DNA of 64,000 nucleotides, from assembly GCA_018333655.1 (NCBI GenBank), contig JAGXTJ010000010.1, positions 39,280 through 103,279 of the forward strand, given 5' to 3'. The translations under genes and the position numbers were made by a program. This DNA comes from Bacillota bacterium. Its GTDB lineage: Bacteria > Bacillota > UBA994. Below the pieces are notes generated by a model that was not told where the DNA came from, did no database searches, and was given only the letters and a program-made list of their open reading frames with translations. Shown here piece by piece: positions 39,895 through 50,262 of the stretch (positions are counted from its first letter, which is position 1; each line of letters starts with the position of its first letter).

Positions 39895-39994
39895 AAGGCA
39901 CCTCCGAAGATTGAGAATAGCTGGTCATTTTACTAGACAAGGAGCTTGTATTCGTGTAGTATAAGCCCATTATAGTCGGAAAGGGTGCAAGGTT

Positions 39995-41320
39995 GTGGCT
40001 ACAAAAAGAGATGTGCTCGAGAGAGTCAAAGAAGACAAGGTGCGTTTTGTGCGTCTGCAGTTTACGGACATCCTAGGTGTCAATAAGAATGTGGCCATTT
40101 CTGTGGACGAGCTAGAAACAGCGCTCGACGGGCAATTAATGTTCGATGGCTCTTCTATCGAGGGTTTTGCGCGTATTGAAGAATCCGACATGTTGCTTAA
40201 TCCCGACCCCGCGTCTTACGCTCTCTTTCCCTGGACTAAGGACAAGGCGCCGACGGCCCGCCTTATTTGTGACGTTCTTAACCCAGATGGCTCGCCCTTT
40301 AGCGGTTGCCCACGGGGCACCTTAAAGCGAGCGGTGGCCGAGGCTAAGTCTATGGGCTTTGTCATGCAGGTAGGTCCTGAGGCGGAGTTCTTTCTCTTTA
40401 AGCGCGACAGCGACGGCGGGCCTACCACCATCACCAATGATCGCGGGGGTTACTTTGATCTCTCACCCATCGACCGCGGCGAAGATGCCCGCCGAGACAT
40501 TGTTCTCGCCCTTGAAGAGATGGGCTTTCACGTCGAGGCCTCGCATCATGAGTGCGCACCTGGGCAGCATGAAATAGATTTTAGATATGCAGATGCACTT
40601 ACTGCTGCAGATAATGTTACCACATTCAAGCTCGTTGTTCGCACTATTGCCATGCAACATGGTTTGCACGCTACCTTTATGCCCAAGCCCCTCTTTGGCG
40701 AGGCCGGCAGTGGCATGCACATAAATCAGTCTTTATTCTCAAACGGCTGCAATGTCTTTTTCGACCCTGAGGCCCCTCGTCAACTGAGCTCGGTGGCCTT
40801 GTCCTACCTAGCGGGTCTGATGCGCCATGCGCTAGAGTTCTCGGCCATCACTAATCCGCTCATTAACTCCTACAAAAGACTGGTGCCAGGCTACGAAGCG
40901 CCGGTTTATGTGGCTTGGTCAGAGCGCAATCGCAGCCCCCTAATTAGGGTTCCAGCTCGCCGCGGCAATGGCACTCGCCTTGAACTCCGCAGCCCTGACC
41001 CCTCCTGCAATCCCTACTTGGCTTTTGCCGTGGCGCTCACGGCAGGTTTGCAGGGCATTAGAGAAGGTTTGACGCCACCGCCCCCTATGGAGTGCAATAT
41101 CTACCATCTCGGAGAACAGGAAAGATCTAGTGCCGGCATCGCCTGCTTGCCGGGCAGCTTGCAGGAAGCGCTGCAGTTCTTCGCTAACAGCGCCTTGATG
41201 CGTCAAACCTTGGGGGAACACATTTTCACACGGTTCATCGCCGCCAAACAGGCAGAGTGTCGACTATATGAGACTGCGGTGCATCCTTGGGAGCTAGACA
41301 GGTACCTCTCTATTCATTAG
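39995..41320 (+). CDS. glnA: Glutamine synthetase type I
   Basis: FVRLQFTDILG, DGSSIEGF, the GS ATP-binding region KPLFGEAGSGMHIN, and NPYLAFA. 441 aa, GTG start. Confidence 0.93.
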   Translation: MATKRDVLERVKEDKVRFVRLQFTDILGVNKNVAISVDELETALDGQLMFDGSSIEGFARIEESDMLLNPDPASYALFPWTKDKAPTARLICDVLNPDGSPFSGCPRGTLKRAVAEAKSMGFVMQVGPEAEFFLFKRDSDGGPTTITNDRGGYFDLSPIDRGEDARRDIVLALEEMGFHVEASHHECAPGQHEIDFRYADALTAADNVTTFKLVVRTIAMQHGLHATFMPKPLFGEAGSGMHINQSLFSNGCNVFFDPEAPRQLSSVALSYLAGLMRHALEFSAITNPLINSYKRLVPGYEAPVYVAWSERNRSPLIRVPARRGNGTRLELRSPDPSCNPYLAFAVALTAGLQGIREGLTPPPPMECNIYHLGEQERSSAGIACLPGSLQEALQFFANSALMRQTLGEHIFTRFIAAKQAECRLYETAVHPWELDRYLSIH

Positions 41321-41447
41321 ATAAGGGCACCCAGGCACAAGGCAAGCGTAAGCCCAGCCCCCCGCCGAAATGTGGGGGGCTTGTTGCAGGTAATTCTCCA
41401 GGCAAGTGGAATACTCTAAGCAGTGGGTAGAGTCAGGGGGACAGCAG

Positions 41448-42383
41448 ATGACCTTCACAGAAGATGTAAAAAGCGAGCTAGTGCGTATCATCGATGGCGA
41501 GGCCTGTTGTCGCCATAGCGAACTCGCCGCCGTTATTAGGCAGAGCGGCATCCTGCAGCTTTCACGTGCCGGTGGTATGGGGCTGAACGTACATACGCAG
41601 AATCCTGCTGTGGCGCGCTTAGTCCTGCAACTGCTCAAGGAGCATCAGCCTTTGGCCAGGGTATTTATTCGTCGTCGCTCGGCTTTTCGCAAGAACCGCA
41701 TGTACCTGCTCTTTGCCCCAGAGGCAGACAAGGTGCTGGTAAATGTAGGGCTGTGGGACAGCCAAACGCGTAGCCTAATTTCGCGTACCACACCGCCAGA
41801 ACATATCTGCTGTCATCGGGCCTACTTGCGAGGTGCTTTTATCATCAGTGGCACCATCAGTGACCCAAACCGCACTTCGTACCATCTAGAGATGGTTTGT
41901 GAATATGAGGAAACTGCTACTTACCTCTGTAGAGTGATGGAGGCGGTGGGGCTGACCCCGCGTCTGGCGCGTCGCAAGGAGCTTTTTGTCGTCTACCTTA
42001 AAGAAGGTGAGCAGATCGTCGACTTTTTAAACCTTACTGGGGCTCACTCAAGTTTGCTCAGGGTAGAAGATGCCCGTGTCCGCAAGTCTATGCGCAACCA
42101 AGTTAACCGTTTGGTCAACGCGGAGACGGCCAATCTCCATAAATCTATTTCTACCGCCTGGCGGCATATAGAGAGTATCAGGTATTTAGATCAAGTGGTT
42201 GGTCTTAACAATTTATCTGCCAATTTGCGCGAAGCGGCAGCGTTAAGAGGCAAGTATCCCGAGGCCAGCCTGCAAGAGCTAGGGCTTTACTTTCAGCCGC
42301 CACTGAGTAAGGGTGCTGTCAATCATCGTTTGCGCAAATTAGAGGAGCTTGCCCGCCGCAGGGGCTTTGGGGGAACAGAGTAA
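41448..42383 (+). CDS. whiA: Sporulation/cell-division transcription factor WhiA
   Basis: N-terminal MTFTEDVKSELVRI, a LAGLIDG-like region (YLRGAFIISG), and a C-terminal HTH (LQELGLYFQPPLSKGAVNHRLRKLEE). AGGGGGA RBS before ATG 41448. Confidence 0.9.
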   Translation: MTFTEDVKSELVRIIDGEACCRHSELAAVIRQSGILQLSRAGGMGLNVHTQNPAVARLVLQLLKEHQPLARVFIRRRSAFRKNRMYLLFAPEADKVLVNVGLWDSQTRSLISRTTPPEHICCHRAYLRGAFIISGTISDPNRTSYHLEMVCEYEETATYLCRVMEAVGLTPRLARRKELFVVYLKEGEQIVDFLNLTGAHSSLLRVEDARVRKSMRNQVNRLVNAETANLHKSISTAWRHIESIRYLDQVVGLNNLSANLREAAALRGKYPEASLQELGLYFQPPLSKGAVNHRLRKLEELARRRGFGGTE

Positions 42384-42388
42384 AGATG

Positions 42389-42658
42389 ATGGAGGCACGC
42401 GCTAGGGTAGTCGTCGTCAATGAGGTCATGCATTTTCGGCCTTTAGCCCGTCTAAGGGAGCTGGCCACGCAGTTAGACATGGAGCTGTTGCTCGTCTATG
42501 GCGGCGACACTCTGCCCATATCGCGCATCTTGGGGCTTATCGGGTGGGAGCTGGTCAAGGGTGACGAGCTTGAAGTAATCGTGCGCGCGAGCGGTGACGT
42601 TGCCTCTCGGCTCGCGGCGGTCGTGGCCTTTATGCAAGGAGGCTGTGGCGAGAAGTAG
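42389..42658 (+). CDS. HPr-family phosphocarrier protein (Crh/HPr-like)
   Basis: About 89 aa. Has His at the His15-equivalent position (EVMHFRPLA) and a Ser46-like context (LPISRILGLIG). Directly follows whiA, as crh does in Bacillus. Confidence 0.7.
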   Translation: MEARARVVVVNEVMHFRPLARLRELATQLDMELLLVYGGDTLPISRILGLIGWELVKGDELEVIVRASGDVASRLAAVVAFMQGGCGEK

Positions 42659-42685
42659 AATGTAAAAAGCAAAGGAGGTAGTCCG

Positions 42686-43975
42686 GTGCGCCCTGAGCTA
42701 CAACAAGCGCCAAGCCTGCGCCAACATCTAGTCATGACGCCCGAGCTCAGGCAAGCCATACAGTTGTTGCCGATGACGGCTGCGGAGTTAGAAGCCTACT
42801 TGGTGCGAGAGGCGGCTGAGAATCCGCTCCTTGAAGTGGAGCGCTCGAATTTTGAGTTGCCGTCTGGGCTTAGTTTCGGTGTTCTGCGCGCGCCTTGCGT
42901 CGCGGAGCCAGCCGACCCCCGCGCGGACTTGCGTTTAGAGGTAAATCTCTGTAGAGCGCCGTATGCGGTGCGGCAGGCGGCTAGCATGCTCGTAGACTCG
43001 CTCGACGAGCGTGGTTACCTCCCACCCCTCGATGCCGTTCTGGCAGATGAGCTTGGGGTTAGCCTGGCGCTACTCTGGCAGGGGAAGGCTCTCTTGCAGT
43101 CGCTTGGTCCGGCCGGTTTTGCGGCCGAAAACCTAGGCGAGAGCTTGCTACTTCAGCTCGCACAGGCCAACAAGGTCTCGGCCGATACCGAGAGAATCGT
43201 CACTATGTACCTTAGGGAAGGTTGCCCGAGTGCGGACAAAGTGGCGGCAATTCTAGACTTGCCCAAGCCACAAGTGCAAAAAGTACTCGCAGAGCTGCAA
43301 AACTGTAGCCCCTCCCCAGGGGGTGCTTATGCAGCGCGGCACGAAGTGGGCACAGTGTACCCAGATATCTGCATTGTGAAGACGAGCGGGGGTTATCGCG
43401 CCAAAGTAAATCAGCCTGGCGTCAACGAGATAAATATGAAGCGAGTGTTTCACGAGTTGTTCGCCTGTGCTGACCAAGGAACAAAAGAGTACCTGCGAGC
43501 GCGCTACCATGAAGGTCTGTGGCTCGCACGAGCCATCAAGCAGCGGCTTGCTACTCTCGAGCGCCTCGCAGCTGCACTCATCAAGTTTCAATACGCCTTT
43601 CTTGAACATGGCAAGGCCTCTCTACGCCCCTTGACCATGTCTGCCGTGGCGAGCGAAGCGGGCGTGCATGAATCCACGGTTAGCCGGGCCGTGAGCCATA
43701 AGTTCGCCCTTACCCCGCAGGGGGTCGTACCCCTTAAGAGCTTTTTTTCGTCCCATGTGCACTCTCTCGGGGGCGAAGTTGCTTCTTTGGCCGTGAAAGA
43801 GAGAATTAGTCAGTTGATTGCTGCCGAAAACAGGAAATCGCCTTTGACCGATAGCCAGGTGCAAGACCTTTTAACTGCTGAAGGCATCAATATCAGCAGG
43901 CGTACCGTGGCCAAGTACCGTGAGGCTCTCTCTATTCTGCCGCGCAGTCATCGCAAGGCCTGGGCAAGAGGGTGA
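42686..43975 (+). CDS. rpoN: RNA polymerase sigma-54 factor
   Basis: N-terminal LRQHLVMTPELRQAIQLL (sigma-54 activator-interacting region), a C-terminal HTH, and the RpoN box ARRTVAKYRE. GTG start after GGAGGT. Confidence 0.92.
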   Translation: MRPELQQAPSLRQHLVMTPELRQAIQLLPMTAAELEAYLVREAAENPLLEVERSNFELPSGLSFGVLRAPCVAEPADPRADLRLEVNLCRAPYAVRQAASMLVDSLDERGYLPPLDAVLADELGVSLALLWQGKALLQSLGPAGFAAENLGESLLLQLAQANKVSADTERIVTMYLREGCPSADKVAAILDLPKPQVQKVLAELQNCSPSPGGAYAARHEVGTVYPDICIVKTSGGYRAKVNQPGVNEINMKRVFHELFACADQGTKEYLRARYHEGLWLARAIKQRLATLERLAAALIKFQYAFLEHGKASLRPLTMSAVASEAGVHESTVSRAVSHKFALTPQGVVPLKSFFSSHVHSLGGEVASLAVKERISQLIAAENRKSPLTDSQVQDLLTAEGINISRRTVAKYREALSILPRSHRKAWARG

Positions 43976-44119
43976 GGCTCTCTGCGCTTTATGGAACCTT
44001 GGTCGCCTAGCCACAAAGAAGAGATGCCTAGGCGCTGAGTGGTTGCTTGTACTTTCAGGAACACAGTAATGGTGATACAATGAAGCAAATCGGTACCACA
44101 CATTGGAGGAGGGTATTCT

Positions 44120-45124
44120 ATGAAAATCGCTATTAACGGTTTCGGTCGCATTGGTCGCCAGGTGTTTCGCATTGCGCACGAGCGACCAGAGCTTGAAATT
44201 GTGGCCATCAATGATTTGGCCGATCCCAAAGGGCTTGTGCATCTCCTAAAATACGACTCCAACTATGGTCACTTTAAGGCCGAGGTGGCCTTAAGCGAAG
44301 GTGGCTTTGTCGTTGACGGCCGCCACACCAAGGTGCTGGCTGAAAAAGACCCTTTGCGCCTGCCCTGGGGCGAGCTTGGCGTCGACGTCGTTGTAGAGTG
44401 CACCGGCCGCTTTAAGGAGCGCGACACAGCTGGTAAACATATTACGGCAGGGGCCAAGAAAGTGCTCATTAGTTCTCCTGCCACTGGTGAAGACATTACC
44501 CTAGTGCTCGGTTGTAACCACGACAAGTATGACCATGCCAATCACCACATAATTAGCAATGCCTCCTGCACCACAAATGGCTTAGGCCCCATGGCAAAAG
44601 TGCTGCACGAAGAGTTTGGCATCGTCAAGGGCTTGATGAATACTATCCATGCTTTCACCAATGACCAAAGCATTCTCGATCAAATCCATTCCGATTTGCG
44701 CCGGGCGCGTACCGCCAGTCAGTCCATCATTCCCTCAAGCACGGGGGCTGCTAAGGCTATCGGCTTGGTGCTGCCTGAACTAAAGGGCAAGCTCAATGGC
44801 TTTGCCTTGCGCGTTCCTACAACCACGGTGTCCATCGTCGACCTCACCGTGGAGCTAGCTAAGCCCGCTACAGCCGAGGAAATCAACGCCGCGTTTCGCG
44901 CTGCCGCTGCTGGGCCCCTTAAGGGCATCTTAGGCGTGAGCGACGAACCGCTCGTCTCTATCGACTACTTAGGAGACACGCGTTCTTCTATAATTGATTT
45001 GCCGCTGACCATGGTGAGCGGAGGCAACATGGCCAAGGTGTGCGCCTGGTACGACAACGAATGGGGCTATTCTTGCCGCATGGTAGATGTCCTGGCGATG
45101 ATTGCCGAGCATTACGGGGGCTGA
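44120..45124 (+). CDS. gap: Glyceraldehyde-3-phosphate dehydrogenase
   Basis: INGFGRIGR at the N-terminus and the active site ASCTTN. Confidence 0.95.
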   Translation: MKIAINGFGRIGRQVFRIAHERPELEIVAINDLADPKGLVHLLKYDSNYGHFKAEVALSEGGFVVDGRHTKVLAEKDPLRLPWGELGVDVVVECTGRFKERDTAGKHITAGAKKVLISSPATGEDITLVLGCNHDKYDHANHHIISNASCTTNGLGPMAKVLHEEFGIVKGLMNTIHAFTNDQSILDQIHSDLRRARTASQSIIPSSTGAAKAIGLVLPELKGKLNGFALRVPTTTVSIVDLTVELAKPATAEEINAAFRAAAAGPLKGILGVSDEPLVSIDYLGDTRSSIIDLPLTMVSGGNMAKVCAWYDNEWGYSCRMVDVLAMIAEHYGG

Positions 45125-45129
45125 TAGCG

Positions 45130-46329
45130 ATGGCTAAACTAGGGATAAAGGATGTTTCTGTTGCCGGCAAGCGCGTTCTAGTGCGAGTGGACTTTAACGT
45201 ACCCCTAGATGAGAACGGGCATATTACCGATGATGCCCGCATACAGGGGTCTCTGCCGACTATTAATTACTTGCGCAATGCCGGTGCGAAGGTAGTGCTG
45301 GCCAGCCACTTCGGGCGGCCAAACGGTAAGCGCGATTTGCGCTACACTCTCGCCCCTGTTGCTGTTCGCCTGCGTGAATTGCTGGCGCAAGATGTAGCCC
45401 TGCTCGCTGACTGCATAGGGGACGAAGTGTTACGCCATGTAGAACAGATGAAAGACGGGGATGTAGCCCTGCTCGAAAACCTCCGTTTTCACCCTCAAGA
45501 AGAAAAAAATGACCCCCACTTTGCGAGCGAGTTAGCCAAATTAGCCGAGGTCTATGTCAACGACGCCTTCGGCGCTGCTCATCGCGCGCATGCTTCGGTG
45601 GCTGGGGTTACTGAATTCCTAAAGCCTGCTGTGGCCGGTTTCTTAATGCAGAAAGAGCTGGAGTTTCTAGGCTCGGCACTCGAGAACCCGCGTCGGCCCT
45701 TTCTCGCTATCCTGGGGGGCGCTAAAGTCTCTGACAAAATTAAAGTAATTGAAGCACTCCTCTCGCGCGTAGATAGCCTAATCATCGGCGGAGGCATGGC
45801 TAACACCTTCCTCAAGGCCAAGGGGTGCGAAATTGGCAAGTCACTCGTGGAGCCAGATCGTGTGGAGCTAGCCAGCGAACTGATGGATTTAGCAGAGCGG
45901 TCCAAGGTAAGCCTTCACTTGCCGCAGGACGTAGTTGTGGCCTCCTCTATTGGTGACGATACGGGTGAGATCGTGTCCATTGGGGAAGTGCCGCCCGACA
46001 AAATGATAGTCGATATTGGCCCGCTCACCATGGAGGACTACGCGCAGGTCATCGCCTCTGCCCGCCTGGTGGTCTGGAACGGCCCCATGGGTGTCTTTGA
46101 GAATCCGGCCTTTGCCGTGGGCACCTCAGGTATTGCACAGGCTCTCGCCGACTCCAAGGCTGTCAGTGTCGTTGGTGGCGGAGATAGTGCGGCAGCGGTG
46201 CTACAGGCTGGGCTGGCACAGGCCATGACCCATATTTCTACCGGCGGTGGGGCAAGTCTCGAATTCTTAGAGGGCAAGGTGCTGCCTGGGGTCGCCGCCT
46301 TAACCGACAAGAGTGGCAAGGGGGAGTAA
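45130..46329 (+). CDS. pgk: Phosphoglycerate kinase
   Basis: [26 protein letters not shown]-terminus. The ORF track start at 45040 would overlap gap and is unlikely. Confidence 0.95.
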   Translation: MAKLGIKDVSVAGKRVLVRVDFNVPLDENGHITDDARIQGSLPTINYLRNAGAKVVLASHFGRPNGKRDLRYTLAPVAVRLRELLAQDVALLADCIGDEVLRHVEQMKDGDVALLENLRFHPQEEKNDPHFASELAKLAEVYVNDAFGAAHRAHASVAGVTEFLKPAVAGFLMQKELEFLGSALENPRRPFLAILGGAKVSDKIKVIEALLSRVDSLIIGGGMANTFLKAKGCEIGKSLVEPDRVELASELMDLAERSKVSLHLPQDVVVASSIGDDTGEIVSIGEVPPDKMIVDIGPLTMEDYAQVIASARLVVWNGPMGVFENPAFAVGTSGIAQALADSKAVSVVGGGDSAAAVLQAGLAQAMTHISTGGGASLEFLEGKVLPGVAALTDKSGKGE

Positions 46330-46330
46330 A

Positions 46331-47077
46331 GTGGCACTACCTTTAATTATCGGCAACTGGAAGATGCATAACTCGCTGGCGGAGAGCGAAGCGTTGCTCC
46401 GCCAGCTTCTAACGCAGCTAGATAGCCAAAATGAAGTAGAAGTGTGTGTTTGCCCCCCTTTTACTGCCCTGGCCTTGGCTGGCTCGCTACTTAAGGCGAG
46501 CAACATAAAGCTGGGTGCACAAAGTTGTCATCACTTAGAAAGTGGCGCCTTTACGGGCGAAGTATCTTTGCCCATGCTTAAGGAGCTCGCCTGCCAGTAT
46601 GTTCTCGTGGGGCATTCCGAGCGGCGCCAGTATTTTGGCGAAACAGATAGCGGCGTAGCGGCTAAAGTGGCAGCTGCGGTTAAGCATGGCCTGGTACCTG
46701 TGCTGTGCATAGGCGAGGATTTGGCTACGCGCCAGTCTGGTCGGGGCGAAAGCTATGTCTTAGCCCAACTGGAGGCCGGTTTGTCGCTCTTGTCTGGTCC
46801 TGTAGACGAAGTAGTCATTGCGTATGAACCAGTGTGGGCTATTGGCACCGGCCAAGCAGCCACGCCAGCGCAAGCTAATGAAATGCTAAGAAGTATTGCC
46901 GATAAAACGCCGCAAGTTGCCGACATCAAGCAAGTACGACTGCTCTACGGAGGCAGTGTCACGGCGCAAAACGCCGCTGGTTTCTTTGCTGAAGAGTATG
47001 TGGGTGGGGTACTGGCTGGTGGCGTAAGTCTTAAAGCCGAGAGTTTTGCACACATAGTGCGACTAGCTAGGAGATAG
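46331..47077 (+). CDS. tpiA: Triosephosphate isomerase
   Basis: IIGNWKMH, VGHSERR, and AYEPVWAIGTG. GTG 46331 after GGGGGAG. Confidence 0.93.
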   Translation: MALPLIIGNWKMHNSLAESEALLRQLLTQLDSQNEVEVCVCPPFTALALAGSLLKASNIKLGAQSCHHLESGAFTGEVSLPMLKELACQYVLVGHSERRQYFGETDSGVAAKVAAAVKHGLVPVLCIGEDLATRQSGRGESYVLAQLEAGLSLLSGPVDEVVIAYEPVWAIGTGQAATPAQANEMLRSIADKTPQVADIKQVRLLYGGSVTAQNAAGFFAEEYVGGVLAGGVSLKAESFAHIVRLARR

Positions 47078-47081
47078 GCCC

Positions 47082-48605
47082 ATGTATAAACAGGTAGCCC
47101 TTATCATCCTTGACGGTTGGGGTCTGCGCGCTGAAACGAAAGGCAATGCCCTAAAGAGCGTGGCTACACCCGCTCTTGATCATTTTCAGCAACAATATCC
47201 CTCTGCCCAACTAGCTTGTTCGGGCGAGGCAGTAGGCCTCATGCCAGGGCAAATGGGCGACAGCAATGTCGGCCACTTAAACATTGGTGCGGGGCGAATT
47301 GTCTACCAAGACCTAGCCCGCATTACGCGGTCACTGGCACAGGGCGAATTAGCGGCAAACACTACCTGGCAAAGTTTAGTCTCTAAGACGCGCTTAAACC
47401 AGGGTCGCCTGCACCTGTATGGACTGCTCTCCCTAGGTGGGGTGCATAGTCATACCGAGCACCTCCAAGAGATACTGCGCCAATGCCATAGTGAGAAACT
47501 ACAGGTGTACCTGCACTTGCTCTTAGATGGCCGCGACGCACCGCCGACATCGGGGCAGGCATGGCTAACTGAAATGGAAGACTTCGTGCACGACTTAGGC
47601 ACAGGTCGCATCGCCACCGTCATGGGTCGCTACTATGGCATGGACCGTGACACTCGTTGGGAGCGCACTGCCAAAGCCTATGATGCTCTGACTTTAGGCC
47701 AGGGCCAAGTGGTTACTAAGGCCAGTAGCGCTGTTCTCGAGCATTACAGGGCAGGGCTCACCGACGAATTTATGACACCCCTAGTGGTCGCTGCCGAGCA
47801 AGGAAAGGCAGAAATGCGAGATGGCGACAGCTTGTTGTTCTTTAACTTTCGGGCCGACCGCATGCGCCAAATTGTGCAGGCCTTTTCTTACCAGCAAGAG
47901 GTTGGCTTTGTGCGATCGAGGCAGCCAGAGCTGCAAATCGCGACCTTTACTAGGTATCATCAGGACTTGCCGTTTCCACAGGTATTTTTGCCCGAGGACT
48001 TGGCAGATACCTTGGGCGAAGTCGTGAGTAGAGCCGGTCACAGACAGCTACGCTTAGCCGAAACCGAGAAGTACGCCCACGTGACCTTCTTTTTTAGCGG
48101 CGGCAGAGAGGATGCCTTTCTGGGAGAGGACCGCCTGCTCATCCCCTCACCTCGCGTGGCCACCTACGACCTGATGCCGCAAATGAGCGCGCCCGAAGTA
48201 GCGGAGGCCTTTATAGAAAAATGGTCAGAGGGCTACCCCTTAGTCGTTGTCAACTTCGCCAACCTCGACATGGTGGGCCACACTGGTATTTTTCCGGCGG
48301 TGTGTCAGGCCGTCACCGCTGTCGATGGGGCGGTCAGCAAGGTGCTCAGCACTATACTGGAGAGCGGGGGAGCGGCCGTGCTCACGGCCGACCATGGCAA
48401 TGCCGAAGAGGTCTATGACGAAAATGGCGACCCACACACTGCTCATACTCTAAACCCTGTGCCCTGCATCGTTATCACACCCGAAAACATGCTCGCAGTG
48501 CGCGAGAACGGTGTTCTGGCGGACATCGCCCCTACAGTCCTACAGCTAATGAATCTTGCCCAGCCGGCCAAAATGACCGGCCAATCCCTAATCATTAATC
48601 AATAA
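47082..48605 (+). CDS. gpmI: 2,3-bisphosphoglycerate-independent phosphoglycerate mutase
   Basis: About 507 aa with iPGM motifs (GDSNVGH, LLDGRD, ADHGN). Confidence 0.93.
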   Translation: MYKQVALIILDGWGLRAETKGNALKSVATPALDHFQQQYPSAQLACSGEAVGLMPGQMGDSNVGHLNIGAGRIVYQDLARITRSLAQGELAANTTWQSLVSKTRLNQGRLHLYGLLSLGGVHSHTEHLQEILRQCHSEKLQVYLHLLLDGRDAPPTSGQAWLTEMEDFVHDLGTGRIATVMGRYYGMDRDTRWERTAKAYDALTLGQGQVVTKASSAVLEHYRAGLTDEFMTPLVVAAEQGKAEMRDGDSLLFFNFRADRMRQIVQAFSYQQEVGFVRSRQPELQIATFTRYHQDLPFPQVFLPEDLADTLGEVVSRAGHRQLRLAETEKYAHVTFFFSGGREDAFLGEDRLLIPSPRVATYDLMPQMSAPEVAEAFIEKWSEGYPLVVVNFANLDMVGHTGIFPAVCQAVTAVDGAVSKVLSTILESGGAAVLTADHGNAEEVYDENGDPHTAHTLNPVPCIVITPENMLAVRENGVLADIAPTVLQLMNLAQPAKMTGQSLIINQ

Positions 48606-49901
<1,296 letters not shown>

Positions 49902-49972
49902 CTAGTTCACAGGTTGTCAACCAGGCAGGCCTGTGCTAGAATCAAGAGAGTTTAGGTGGGGGGGGGAACAGA

Positions 49973-50194
49973 ATGCTCATCGCGTTAAAGATTATGCAGG
50001 GCTTGATCGCCATTGGCGTCATCGTTTCGATAGTCATGCAGAGTGGTCGCGCAGCCGGGTTGGGAGCTATTGCCGGTGGTGCCGAAACACTGTTTGGACG
50101 CAAGAAGAACATGGATGCCTTTTTTAACAAACTGACCATTGGACTAGGGGTTGCCTTTATGGTGCTCTCGTTAGTCATTGCCGTAGTACAGTAA
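49973..50194 (+). CDS. secG: Preprotein translocase subunit SecG
   Basis: 73-aa two-TM protein (ALKIMQGLIAIGVIVSIVMQSG...). Its position after eno is as in Bacillus. Confidence 0.85.
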   Translation: MLIALKIMQGLIAIGVIVSIVMQSGRAAGLGAIAGGAETLFGRKKNMDAFFNKLTIGLGVAFMVLSLVIAVVQ

Positions 50195-50203
50195 GTAAGA
50201 GAA

Positions 50204-50238
50204 AGTAAGGGCAACGCATAGATGCGGCTGCCCTTACT
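50204..50238 (+). terminator. Stem-loop (AGTAAGGGCA / TGCCCTTACT, 10-bp perfect stem) after secG; no T-run
   Basis: Read directly. Confidence 0.45.
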
Positions 50239-50262
50239 GCACGAGAACGGAGGCTACTATTT

